56,714 bases of DNA, taken from positions 1 to 56,714 of IMG/VR virus record IMGVR_UViG_3300042534_000372; one strand, 5' to 3'. Source of the DNA: a virus. Its lineage: Duplodnaviria > Caudoviricetes. Both the position numbers and the translations under genes were made by a program. Positions 39,550 to 49,305 of the stretch are shown here, one piece after another. Under the pieces are notes generated by a model. The model saw only the letters and a program-made list of their open reading frames with translations, was not told the origin of the DNA and made no database searches. Each line of letters starts with the position of its first letter. Positions within the stretch are counted from its first letter, which is position 1.

Positions 39550-40128
39550 TCAGTATCCTATTGCTTGAACAAACATTGTTATATCTCCACTATATGAATC
39601 ATCCCTATTGTACGTAAATCCTGTTTTTGTTTTACTGTACGGCTCGTTCGTGTAGCTAGCTCCAGTAACTACTAGATTAACACATGCTGTAGGGAATGGA
39701 TAAGGAAAGTTTAACTGCTGGTCAGTATCTACATTGGATATAAATTTAAACCATTGCATTCTCATTCCGTTTGATAATTGAGTCCACCCCTGCTCTAATG
39801 TGTTATTCACAATACCAATGCCATCATCAACATATTTTTTTGTTGCAGGATGATAATCTAGTGTTGGTGTGTAAATCGCCAAATTCGTTTTAGAGATATA
39901 ATTTAAAAACAATGTGTTTATCTGAGCTTGCGTGTAAACATCTAAATTAGTAGTTGTAAAATCTAAAAGTTGTTGCATTGTCATATTTTCAGACAACGAA
40001 CCCACTTGTCCTATTGCGATTCTATCCGTAAGCTCAGGGTTTGCATTTAAATCAAGCCCAAATAGTTTCCTTTGAGCGTTAGCCGAAAATGAAACGGCTA
40101 CTAATAATAAAATAATTATCTTTTTCAT
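39550..40128 (-). CDS. Short tail fibre-like protein (gp53-like C-terminus) with signal peptide
   Basis: MKKIIILLLVAVSFSANA-Q; HPATKKYVD; GWTQLSNGMRMQW...FPYPFPTAC. Confidence 0.75.
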   Translation of the reverse strand: MKKIIILLLVAVSFSANAQRKLFGLDLNANPELTDRIAIGQVGSLSENMTMQQLLDFTTTNLDVYTQAQINTLFLNYISKTNLAIYTPTLDYHPATKKYVDDGIGIVNNTLEQGWTQLSNGMRMQWFKFISNVDTDQQLNFPYPFPTACVNLVVTGASYTNEPYSKTKTGFTYNRDDSYSGDITMFVQAIGY

Positions 40129-40129
40129 A

Positions 40130-42910
40130 CTAATCAATTGTAAATTGTTCGTTATCATCATCTGTAAAAATCTCTAAATCATCATCTATTGCATAAGTCT
40201 CTTCTGCCACGGTTATATATTTTGAAACTGGTATTATCTCAATAGTTGCTTTCGATTGAAACCCGCCTGTATTTAAGTCATTAATCCATCCATATTTATA
40301 AGCTTGATAAACATTTTCTCTGTATCCGATAAGGCTATAAACCTTAGGCTTACCGTCTTCGTGATATTGATTTAAAGTATTTTTTTGAATCGAAGTTATT
40401 AATGCATCAAAAGTAATTAATTCAACTCCATACAAAGGTGTATCTAAATCGTTAACTAACACATTAGTACTTTCTGAAACCTCTTTAGATTCTCCAGTAA
40501 CCTTGCTTACTAAGGTACTTATTTTATCGCTATTTGAAAAAACGTATTCAGTGTTTAATTTATACTCTAAAGGTGCGCGGAGTTTAAATCCATGTCTTAC
40601 AAGTGATCTAGCAGGAGATAGTCTAATATTATAAGAATCGTCTGCGTTTACAATTCCTCTTATGTAATCAAATCCCTCGTTTGTTCTTGCCTTGTATTTA
40701 GCTGAATCGCTTACGTAGATATCATCTAATATTAATTGATTAGTTCCTAATTGATTCGCTAAAAATGCGGTATTAAACGATACTGTTATGTAGTTGATAT
40801 TTTCCAATGCTTCATTTGCTCCTACTGAAAAATTAAACATCGATTGAAAATTGTTTAATTTAATCCCATTTACTGAAGGTGCTGCGTATGCATTAGATCC
40901 CTCAATCCAACTACCTAATGAATTTAAAGACCATTTAGAATTATCGTTTAACGTTGCAGTTATCTGGAATGTTGGCGTGAACACTAACCCCGTAACGGTG
41001 CTTATGACAGCGTAAGAAAAAGATAAAATTGGCTCTTTTATTGAAGTTATATTTTGAGAAATCATACTCTGACCGTTGGAGTATCCGAGCACAAATCTAT
41101 TGCTGCCTATCAAGTTTTCAACTGTCACAACGTTGGAGATAGCCCAGTCGGTAGTGCCCTGTTCTGCATCACCGTTTGATACCGCATTACCTGTTGTGTT
41201 CTCAACAAGATCAATCATGTAGTTAATGTCGTCATACTTTGAGTCGGTAGTTGGCTTTTCTTTTTTAGTTATTCTTCTAGCTTCATTTATTGATGTGTTA
41301 GATGCAGATATCTTACTAATGACTATTTCTTTTTTATCTGTTGATGTTATTGCATTAGACCATCCAGATTTTGTATTGTAATCATAAAATCCATCTACCT
41401 TTTCATCTGATTCAAATTTAGAATACCCGAACTCAACCTGATTAGGAATGAAATCTTTGTTGTATTCTGATTTTAATTCCGTTGCATTATCAATCAGCAT
41501 TACCACCCTTGTATCAAAAAAGTATTGTAACTCCTCGATAAAGAATACTTTATTTCCATTAAGCAGTTTAACGCCCATCCCGATAGGCGTAATCGTATTT
41601 AAAGCCTCGAAAGCATCTTTGAGCGATATAGATAAAGGCGCAATTGGTTCCGAATACCCAACGCCGTTAGTCATTGGAAACCCTCGTATTAACGCCCCAT
41701 TCGTAAATGCTAATAAAGATAGGTATCCGTTATATGTGTACTTTAATGGCTCTGAATCTTTACGCCCTAAAATCTCACTGTAGAATGGTATGTTTTCAGA
41801 AGTTATAACTTGCCCTATCCTATTCATCATTTCAGATGCAAGCATTCCTTTTACGTTTTTCTGTGGCGCGAAACCGCCCTGTGTTCGTATCGAAAAATCT
41901 ATTACAGCCCCCCTGCTTACGCTTGCGCCAAATGTATAATTATCTTGGAAAACTCCAATCTGTAAATAATTACCATTTTGCACTGTTATTAATTCAGATA
42001 ACTCGGATACTACACTGTATGAGTTAAGAAAAAAATCAGCACTAAGAAATGTTACTGTCCCTGTTATATCTATTGTTAATATAATATTATCATTTGTATC
42101 AATAACGTACAAAAACACTTTCACATCACTAGTGCTTTGTATGAACGCCGAAATGTTAGCTACAAGACTTATCGTTCCGTTTATATCTACAATTACATCT
42201 ATACCCGTATTGTTTGCGTAAAATGCACCAGATATACTTTTAAATACATTTGAATTTGATGTAACATTATCGTCAGCACCGCTAATTTTAGTCAATACAG
42301 GTATTAATGGGTCTTTATCTAATGTAGACTCATACGATTGATTCTTGTCTGACTCCATACTATTATTAAGGTAATCTATCCGATTAGGTAATGTGATATC
42401 ATTCCCCTCATTCGCATAGCCAGGAAGTTCTTTCCCATCTAAAGATTTGTAAATTTCATCTTGTGATTTCTTTGTGACAATAACAGGAATAGATTCTCTA
42501 CTTATCACCTTTCTTTCAAAGCTTGAATCGTCAATAGGCACTGTGTATTTTAATTCGTCAACATCTTTGTCTATTAGTTGAACATTACCCTGAAAAACCT
42601 TTTCGTTAATAATTGTTGTGGGGTTATACTCCCATACTTCTAATATAATTTCAGCCTCGAATCCTTGCTCTAATTCTGCCTTTTCCAAGAATGCTTTACC
42701 TTCTTTAACGAATCCTAATTTAGACAATGAATACTTTCTGAATATTCCTGAATACGTACCAGATCTAGAATAGCTATACCCTGCATCACTCCAACCATCT
42801 GGCGCGTGTGTTAATCTTACCCTACCCAGTGATGGATTAGATAAGAAAAACGTTAAGTATGTAGTTGTATTCGTTGGCCTATACCAAGTCCTAGTTGTGT
42901 TATTGCTCAT
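40130..42910 (-). CDS. Minor tail / baseplate hub protein
   Basis: 926 aa directly after the tape measure gene. Confidence 0.7.
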   Translation of the reverse strand: MSNNTTRTWYRPTNTTTYLTFFLSNPSLGRVRLTHAPDGWSDAGYSYSRSGTYSGIFRKYSLSKLGFVKEGKAFLEKAELEQGFEAEIILEVWEYNPTTIINEKVFQGNVQLIDKDVDELKYTVPIDDSSFERKVISRESIPVIVTKKSQDEIYKSLDGKELPGYANEGNDITLPNRIDYLNNSMESDKNQSYESTLDKDPLIPVLTKISGADDNVTSNSNVFKSISGAFYANNTGIDVIVDINGTISLVANISAFIQSTSDVKVFLYVIDTNDNIILTIDITGTVTFLSADFFLNSYSVVSELSELITVQNGNYLQIGVFQDNYTFGASVSRGAVIDFSIRTQGGFAPQKNVKGMLASEMMNRIGQVITSENIPFYSEILGRKDSEPLKYTYNGYLSLLAFTNGALIRGFPMTNGVGYSEPIAPLSISLKDAFEALNTITPIGMGVKLLNGNKVFFIEELQYFFDTRVVMLIDNATELKSEYNKDFIPNQVEFGYSKFESDEKVDGFYDYNTKSGWSNAITSTDKKEIVISKISASNTSINEARRITKKEKPTTDSKYDDINYMIDLVENTTGNAVSNGDAEQGTTDWAISNVVTVENLIGSNRFVLGYSNGQSMISQNITSIKEPILSFSYAVISTVTGLVFTPTFQITATLNDNSKWSLNSLGSWIEGSNAYAAPSVNGIKLNNFQSMFNFSVGANEALENINYITVSFNTAFLANQLGTNQLILDDIYVSDSAKYKARTNEGFDYIRGIVNADDSYNIRLSPARSLVRHGFKLRAPLEYKLNTEYVFSNSDKISTLVSKVTGESKEVSESTNVLVNDLDTPLYGVELITFDALITSIQKNTLNQYHEDGKPKVYSLIGYRENVYQAYKYGWINDLNTGGFQSKATIEIIPVSKYITVAEETYAIDDDLEIFTDDDNEQFTID

Positions 42911-45900
42911 TATGATTTCATTTTATCAAGTCTTGAATGGTTTCTTTCTATCATTCTATTTCCTCTTTTTGTTATAACCCCATCTCTTTGAGTGATCGAT
43001 GTTCTTTGCTTTAACGCTTTTTCAATTCTACTCAATCCCCCAACTATATTACTGTCGCTAAAATTTGAACTGTACCCAATTCCTAGTCCGTCAAGCATTG
43101 CCATAGATTCTTTATGAGGTATTACCTGACTTCCAGCCATATCGGAATACATTGTTGCCTTGTTGGGTGTTATAAACATTGAGCCGTTAGGTCTTTTTAT
43201 AATCTCTTTTCCAGCCTCACCCGCTACGAATTGACTAGGAGTATTGAATTTACCATGTGTTCCATCTTTGAATTTTGGTATTGGAGTCGCTAAAACTACA
43301 GCTGTCTGTATCGCAGCACTTGCTAATGTAAAAGGTATCGTTAACAATGAAGCTCCGAACGTTGCAACCGAAGCTGCATAAGCTTGAGCTACCCCAACTG
43401 CTGCACTTATTGCAATTTGAGATATAGCCGCCAATTTATCAGCTTTAGCCTGTTTTGTTTTTATCGCAGCTGTTCTTTGAGCAGCCTCATCCTCTACCTT
43501 TGCCTTTTCTTCCGCAGATCTTACATTGATAGCTGTTCTTTGCGCTGCTGCTTGATCTTCTGTAAGTAATCCTCTATCAAATTTATCTTGAACGTTTGCC
43601 AAATCAACCTCTGTTTCCGCATCAACCCTTTCTAAGTCTTCGCTTCTTTGTTCATCTACTCGTTCTAATTCTGCATCTCTTCTTTGAGACGCACCCTCAA
43701 ATAAAACATCTGATAAACCTTGTGCTGCTTGTGCCGCTAGATCTATAGAGATATCCCTTATTTGAGTTTGTCTATACTCATGCTCTTTAGCGTCCCTATC
43801 GGAAATAAATCTTCTCTTAGCTGCACCATCTAAAGCATTTTGAATCATTTTATCCTCAAAACTCTTATTCTCACTAATTCTATCCTTATTGCTGGATAAC
43901 TCTATTCCTTGAATCGTGTTTTCAAATCCTAAAATTATAGCTTCTTGCTTCTTTTTTTCTTCTTCTAATACTTTTGTTTCTTCTTTTAATTTCGCCCCTG
44001 ATCCTTTTAATGAATCCCTTTTTTCTTTAGCTATCTTCTTATTTAATTCTATCTCTGCATCCTCTCGTTGCTTTATTTGTATTGCTATTAATGGCAATAT
44101 TAAATCGCCTCGCTGCTTCATTTCACCAGTAGTAAATGAAGAAAATGACATTTGTATCTTTTTAAGATCTTCTAAGCTTTTATTTTCTATATCGAACCTT
44201 TTTGCCAATCCATCAGCGGCTGCATCATTCCTAGCTTTTTCAATCTCTAACCCTAATCTGTTACCTATTTCTACTTGCGTCTCCCATATCCTTTTAGTTT
44301 CAGTTTTATTAAATTGACTCGCCTCTAAGAACGCATTTAAAGCATCTGACGTAAGTGTGCCCTGAGCATTTCTAGCACGTTCTATATTAGATAGGTACTC
44401 TTCAGCTCCGCTACTATTCTCTTTCCAGAATTTAATCGTTGAATCTACAGCTCCTGTTGCGCCAACATCTACGGCGTCTGTTTCATCAGTTATTTTATTT
44501 AAAATGCTAGTTATCTCGTCTAAAAAGTTTTTTATAAATCCTTCGCTATCTTTAAATTTAAGGACTACTCCATCCCACGCACTGCCGAGCTGAATCATTG
44601 AAGATGCTGCATTTTCAGTCCTTGTTTCAACCATGACTTTTAACGCATCATTTACGCCAGTAATATTATTTCTCAACGTCCTAGCACTTTCTGCTCCTTC
44701 TACAAATGTACTGAATGCGGAAACACTCTTGACGTCTGTTAATTCTAGCGTCTCGCCAAGATCGAAACCCTCCTTATTCATTTTAACTAAAGCGTCGATC
44801 ATCTGATCAAAATTCTTAACGCTACCACCCATAGTTTTAGCTAGCGCACCATTCGCGTCAGCCATGTTAAGGAATATCTTTCTGGTTGCTGTCGCAGCAC
44901 TAGATGCATCAAATCCAGAATCTCTTAATTTACCCAATAAAGCAATAGTATCTTCGAGTGAGAATCCAAACTTTTTAGCAACAGGAAGTACGGTAGATAG
45001 ATTGCCTTCGTAATCCTCAAATGAAAGAGCTGATTTAGTGGTAGCTACAGCCAATACACTTGACACTCTTTCCATTTCAGACGCATCCAAACCTAGCGCT
45101 CTAAGTGTAGATCCTGCAACTTTAGCCGCTGGAGCTAACTCTGAATCTGTAGCTAATGCTAAATCTAGTATCGATCTAGTTGAGTTCCTTATCTCATCGT
45201 TATTGAATCCAAGTTTCGCAAGTTCAGTCTGTAATTGAGCCACTTGTACCGATGTGAACTGTGTTGATTTTCCAAATGCTAAAGAGTCATTTGTTAAATC
45301 TACTATTTCTTTTTTAGTTTTTCCAAGCACGGATGCAAGGACAGAGTTTGCTTTACTATATTGAATTACAGTTTGCGTGGCACTTGTTAGAATTTTGGCG
45401 AATGCGGCGACACCTCCAACCAATCCGAATGCACCAATTAACGACGTGGCTGCTGTTCTTATACCCTCTGCATATTTGCCTACCCCTCTAGTAGCGTTTC
45501 CTTGCGCAGCCTCAACTCTTGAAAGTTCGGCGCGTTGAGATTTTATAGTTTCTGTTAATTTCTTTCCCTCTTGACTCTGTTCTCGTTCCGCCTTTGTTAG
45601 TTTACCAACCGCAATAAGATTTGCAGATAGCGATGCTTTGATTGCGTTTATCGATCCTTTCAGAGCCTCGTTAGTTAATTGTGAGCGTTTAGACTCAGTT
45701 ATATTATTCTTAACCTCTTTATTTACTTCTTGTAATTTAAGTTTAGATTTAGTCAAAGAAATTACAGCCTGACTTCTCGCTTTGTCAAGCTTTGCATGAG
45801 TCTGCAATTGCTCATTTCTTATCCTATTCTCCTCCTTTTCAACCGCAGTAAGTTTCTTTTTCGATTCTGTATTGTTATTATTTTGCGCTGGTATTTTTTG

Positions 45901-46032
45901 ATTCTCAGAAATTAGTTTATCCGTAACCTCAATAAGCTTATTAATAGCTGTAACGCCTTTTAATATCTCATCGGTATATGATGTTACGCTCTTTAAAAGT
46001 TCGGGCGTAAATGGATTCTGTATTGTAGCCAT
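42910..46032 (-). CDS. Tail tape measure protein
   Basis: Helical and Ala-rich; GKSTQFTSVQVAQLQTELAKLG; GEAGKE motif. Confidence 0.92.
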   Translation of the reverse strand: MATIQNPFTPELLKSVTSYTDEILKGVTAINKLIEVTDKLISENQKIPAQNNNNTESKKKLTAVEKEENRIRNEQLQTHAKLDKARSQAVISLTKSKLKLQEVNKEVKNNITESKRSQLTNEALKGSINAIKASLSANLIAVGKLTKAEREQSQEGKKLTETIKSQRAELSRVEAAQGNATRGVGKYAEGIRTAATSLIGAFGLVGGVAAFAKILTSATQTVIQYSKANSVLASVLGKTKKEIVDLTNDSLAFGKSTQFTSVQVAQLQTELAKLGFNNDEIRNSTRSILDLALATDSELAPAAKVAGSTLRALGLDASEMERVSSVLAVATTKSALSFEDYEGNLSTVLPVAKKFGFSLEDTIALLGKLRDSGFDASSAATATRKIFLNMADANGALAKTMGGSVKNFDQMIDALVKMNKEGFDLGETLELTDVKSVSAFSTFVEGAESARTLRNNITGVNDALKVMVETRTENAASSMIQLGSAWDGVVLKFKDSEGFIKNFLDEITSILNKITDETDAVDVGATGAVDSTIKFWKENSSGAEEYLSNIERARNAQGTLTSDALNAFLEASQFNKTETKRIWETQVEIGNRLGLEIEKARNDAAADGLAKRFDIENKSLEDLKKIQMSFSSFTTGEMKQRGDLILPLIAIQIKQREDAEIELNKKIAKEKRDSLKGSGAKLKEETKVLEEEKKKQEAIILGFENTIQGIELSSNKDRISENKSFEDKMIQNALDGAAKRRFISDRDAKEHEYRQTQIRDISIDLAAQAAQGLSDVLFEGASQRRDAELERVDEQRSEDLERVDAETEVDLANVQDKFDRGLLTEDQAAAQRTAINVRSAEEKAKVEDEAAQRTAAIKTKQAKADKLAAISQIAISAAVGVAQAYAASVATFGASLLTIPFTLASAAIQTAVVLATPIPKFKDGTHGKFNTPSQFVAGEAGKEIIKRPNGSMFITPNKATMYSDMAGSQVIPHKESMAMLDGLGIGYSSNFSDSNIVGGLSRIEKALKQRTSITQRDGVITKRGNRMIERNHSRLDKMKS

Positions 46033-46034
46033 AA

Positions 46035-46724
46035 TTATCTAGCTTTTAATTTTTGTTGTTTTTTAATTGCCATATCGTAATCAAATTTAAGAGACGATAC
46101 GCTTTTACTCCTATCGAAATATCCGTTCTTTTCAACAGCCTCGATAAAATGAATAACCGCATCTAATCCAGTATTCCTATCATCCTGAGCAACCGCTTCT
46201 TTTTGTTTCGGCTGTCTTTCTTCAATCTTATATCCTAAACGTTTAATTTCGTTCTCTATAGGCTTTAGAATCGAATCTATTTGCTTTTGCTGATCTTCTG
46301 CATAAATCTTATATTCAGAAGCAGTCATTTGCATTTCTTCCTCGTGTGTTTTTGATTCGATTGATTTTGGATAATCAAAATATATTGATCTGTAAACCTG
46401 CTTTAAGCTATCTAATGCTTTTATCTTGCCCTCTTTAGTATCTCGCAAGTCGTAAACCATCTTTAACCCATCATACAACAATGATAATTTACGCTGCTTT
46501 AATCTCATTCCCTGAATCATCACATCCAAATCAATCAAATTACTCATTTCCTCACTTGAAAATAACTCTTGGAGCTCTGTTATGAATTTAGAATAAGCCT
46601 TTTTAGCTAGAATTTTCTTAGCAGGATTAATCGATACGCCACGAATGATCATTAAATAATCCTCGCTTATTATCATTTGCTGACAATCCTTTACGCTAAT
46701 TGAATGTATTGAGTGATAGTTCAT
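46035..46724 (-). CDS. Probable tail assembly chaperone
   Basis: Helical, directly upstream of the TMP, with own TATCTTTG element at 46752-46759. Confidence 0.5.
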   Translation of the reverse strand: MNYHSIHSISVKDCQQMIISEDYLMIIRGVSINPAKKILAKKAYSKFITELQELFSSEEMSNLIDLDVMIQGMRLKQRKLSLLYDGLKMVYDLRDTKEGKIKALDSLKQVYRSIYFDYPKSIESKTHEEEMQMTASEYKIYAEDQQKQIDSILKPIENEIKRLGYKIEERQPKQKEAVAQDDRNTGLDAVIHFIEAVEKNGYFDRSKSVSSLKFDYDMAIKKQQKLKAR

Positions 46725-46839
46725 AGATTTTATCTATTAGAATTTATATTCCAAAGATACAAAAATAATGTGTTGTATAACATGTTTAGTGTTACTGATT
46801 AATTACCCGATAGATTTGGTGTTAATCAATTTTTTTGGG

Positions 46840-46847
46840 TATATTTG
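46840..46847 (+). promoter_or_regulatory. TATATTTG -7 element driving array B
   Basis: About 9 bp upstream of the first TAAT core. Confidence 0.65.
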
Positions 46848-46907
46848 TGTATTATTAATGGACAAGGCTAAGGGTAGTTTTTAAACCGATTAATAAAATA
46901 AAACAAA

Positions 46908-47165
46908 ATGAGTGAAATTAATAGATTAGAGATATTGGCGAATAGTTGTATAAAACACAACTGCTCCTTTTCAGGATTTGAGAGTAATGCGATAATTGAA
47001 GCCATGTTAGAATACCACAAAAGCGAGGTTGAAAAATTACCTTTAGCTAGTATTAACAACCGAAGGGAACTGTTAATTGCTGTATTCAAACAGGTGAAAG
47101 GTGTTACAATACCCGAAACAGATGAACAGATAGAATACCTCGTTGATAAATACAGCAATTTATAG
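46908..47165 (+). CDS. Cassette protein crossing a hairpin arm
   Basis: KLPLASINNRRELLIA...NL*. Confidence 0.75.
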   Translation: MSEINRLEILANSCIKHNCSFSGFESNAIIEAMLEYHKSEVEKLPLASINNRRELLIAVFKQVKGVTIPETDEQIEYLVDKYSNL

Positions 47166-47269
47166 TTGTTAATGAATAGGTGTAAGAATAGTGCGTGATT
47201 GAATACAGATAAATATTAATTAAATACAAACCGCCCGAACCGAATGTGCGAGGGCAAAAACCAAACAAA

Positions 47270-47428
47270 ATGAAATATACTTACTTGATAATGTTTTTAC
47301 TTGCACTAGTTGCTTGGATCTATTGCGCAGTTAATTTAGAGCTAATTGAAATGTGGATTTCACTAGCCTTTATATGGATTGGTGTATTAGGAATGCGAGC
47401 GGAGGGGAATGGTGATAATAGATATTAG
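47270..47428 (+). CDS. Small two-TM protein inside a hairpin loop
   Basis: MKYTYLIMFLLALVAW... Confidence 0.65.
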   Translation: MKYTYLIMFLLALVAWIYCAVNLELIEMWISLAFIWIGVLGMRAEGNGDNRY

Positions 47429-47583
47429 CATTATTTTTACATAGTATTATAATACTGCGCCAAAGCCTTTGTTTCAATTTTGAGTATAACGATACTTTGG
47501 CGTGGTTTATAATGATAATAATAAGAACCGTGCGATATTTAGCACAATTTTAATACGAGTTACTAATTAAAAATAAAAAAGCG

Positions 47584-47877
47584 ATGGAAAAGAATTGTAA
47601 TAATTGCGAAAAGGTAAATGGTTGCACAATGAAAGCTTACTGCAAGGGGCACAGACTTAATTATTGCAGATTTTACGAAGTGGAAGCAAAGCCTGTGATA
47701 GAAGAAAATGAATTTAAAACCAAGTTAAAAAACTTTGAAGACGCGGCAAGACCTTTAATTAAATGGCTTTGCGAAAACGAGCACCCAATGGTAACTGCAA
47801 TAATAACGACAACATCATGTGAGCTTTTAGAGGGCAAGTGTTGTAACCATAAAATATATGATTACGTTAAAGATTAG
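47584..47877 (+). CDS. Hypothetical protein inside a hairpin loop
   Basis: FEDAARPLIKWLCENEHP motif. Confidence 0.75.
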   Translation: MEKNCNNCEKVNGCTMKAYCKGHRLNYCRFYEVEAKPVIEENEFKTKLKNFEDAARPLIKWLCENEHPMVTAIITTTSCELLEGKCCNHKIYDYVKD

Positions 47878-48076
47878 TGCGTAGGGTTTTATTTTTAACA
47901 ACTTAAAAACGAGAACCAGACTTAAGCATGGTTTTTATTTAATATTATAATACTTCGCCAAAGCCTTACTTGAATTTTGAGTATAACGATACTTTGGCGT
48001 GGTTTATAATGAGCAGGGCTTAGTTGCGTTTAAACTAAATTTGATACGATAACACAAACTAACAAGACAAAGAGCG

Positions 48077-48382
48077 ATGGAAGAAACATTAAAAAAATAC
48101 GGAATAAGTAAGCAATTGTTTTTAAAGGTTACTGAGTTTATAAAACTACAAGTTGACTTAGGTATGATTAATACCCTTACTGACCAAGAGCAAATAGCAG
48201 CAGAAATATTAATAATGGCGAGCGAGGGGATTAAGCTGAAAACGAGTAATGATAAATGCAATTTAGCTAGTATTAACAATAGCGAAGCGATGGGTTGCGA
48301 GCACAAAAATTATTCATATACATTAAATAACGATACAAAACTATGTGATGATTGTGGGTGTATATTTGAGCGAGAAAACTGA
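48077..48382 (+). CDS. Cassette protein crossing a hairpin arm, C-terminal Zn-ribbon
   Basis: CNLASINNSEAMGCEH...CDDCGC. Confidence 0.75.
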   Translation: MEETLKKYGISKQLFLKVTEFIKLQVDLGMINTLTDQEQIAAEILIMASEGIKLKTSNDKCNLASINNSEAMGCEHKNYSYTLNNDTKLCDDCGCIFEREN

Positions 48383-48432
48383 TTGTTAATGAATGGTGGT
48401 ATGGTTAGATTTTTAACGACTTAAAAGAACGA

Positions 48433-48696
48433 ATGATGATAGTATTAACAGACCAAGATTTAGAAGAAATAGTTGCAACTGCACACATGGCAGGACAGCA
48501 AAAAGCAGGGGTTAAAACACCAACTTATTATGATGCACACCTTTATTATGCGAGGCAAGTTAAAAAATTAACTATACCACGTGTTAGCAAACGAAGTGAA
48601 CTGTTAATTGGCTTGCTTGAAATGCTCGAAAAAGAAGGTGGTAATGATTTTATAGATAAAGCTGAAATAGTAGCAAAATATGAAGCCAATTTATAG
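48433..48696 (+). CDS. Cassette protein crossing a hairpin arm
   Basis: KKLTIPRVSKRSELLIG...NL*. Confidence 0.75.
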   Translation: MMIVLTDQDLEEIVATAHMAGQQKAGVKTPTYYDAHLYYARQVKKLTIPRVSKRSELLIGLLEMLEKEGGNDFIDKAEIVAKYEANL

Positions 48697-48744
48697 TTGC
48701 TAATGAATGGCTAAAGTTACTTTTAAACTTAAACATCTGATACA

Positions 48745-48975
48745 ATGGCAGAAGAGAAAATAGAAATTTCAGAAAGTGAAAGATTTATGCAGGTCTACTT
48801 TAAGGAATTGCAAAAAGTGAAAGAGAGATTTCGCGTTAAAGATTCTGAATTTATAGGAATATCAGAATCAAAAGCGAGCAGAATTCTAAATGGAAAACAA
48901 ATAGATATTGAAGCTATGCTTGAGATGGCTCCCATGTCTGGATATACTTTTGAATTTAAATTAATAGAAAGATAA
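48745..48975 (+). CDS. XRE-like HTH protein after the array B terminus
   Basis: ISESKASRILNGKQIDI; resembles 19214-19468. Confidence 0.7.
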   Translation: MAEEKIEISESERFMQVYFKELQKVKERFRVKDSEFIGISESKASRILNGKQIDIEAMLEMAPMSGYTFEFKLIER

Positions 48976-48979
48976 TAAC

Positions 48980-49156
48980 ATGAGCGAATCAATTAAATGG
49001 TTACAGAAAAATAAACGCTTTATAAAGATTAGCGTAATTGAAATTGAGCTTGGAATGGCAGATACTATCTTAAGTAAGGCCGTGAATGAAAAACAGGCAT
49101 TATCTAAACATTGGGATAAGCCTTTGAATGAGTTTTTAACAGAATTAAAGAAATAG
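48980..49156 (+). CDS. Small HTH protein (paralog of 20249 and 53945)
   Basis: MSESIKWLQKNKRFIKISVIEIELGMADTILSKAVNE, read manually. Confidence 0.7.
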   Translation: MSESIKWLQKNKRFIKISVIEIELGMADTILSKAVNEKQALSKHWDKPLNEFLTELKK

Positions 49157-49305
49157 GAAATGGAAGAATTTATCATTTATGCTATAAGTATTATTCTTGC
49201 ATTTACAATGGGTAGATACGTAAAGAGTACGCCATTTAAAATAATACTAATGGTTATACTAATCTGTGTCGCTTCAGTAATAAAAAATACAATATAAATA
49301 AACCA

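Larger units (their letters stand above)
46852..48728 (+). mobile_element. Array B of attC-like hairpin cassettes (5 sites)
   Basis: Hairpins at about 46852-47060, 47165-47455, 47504-47953, 48001-48280, 48382-48590; terminal half site 48701-48728. Confidence 0.85.

Noticed and set aside
41448-45238. Plus-strand ORFs opposite tail and tape measure genes, and similar antisense ORFs elsewhere (1516, 8243, 10092, 28767, 52405)
   Set aside because: Shadow frames of well-supported genes with atypical composition.
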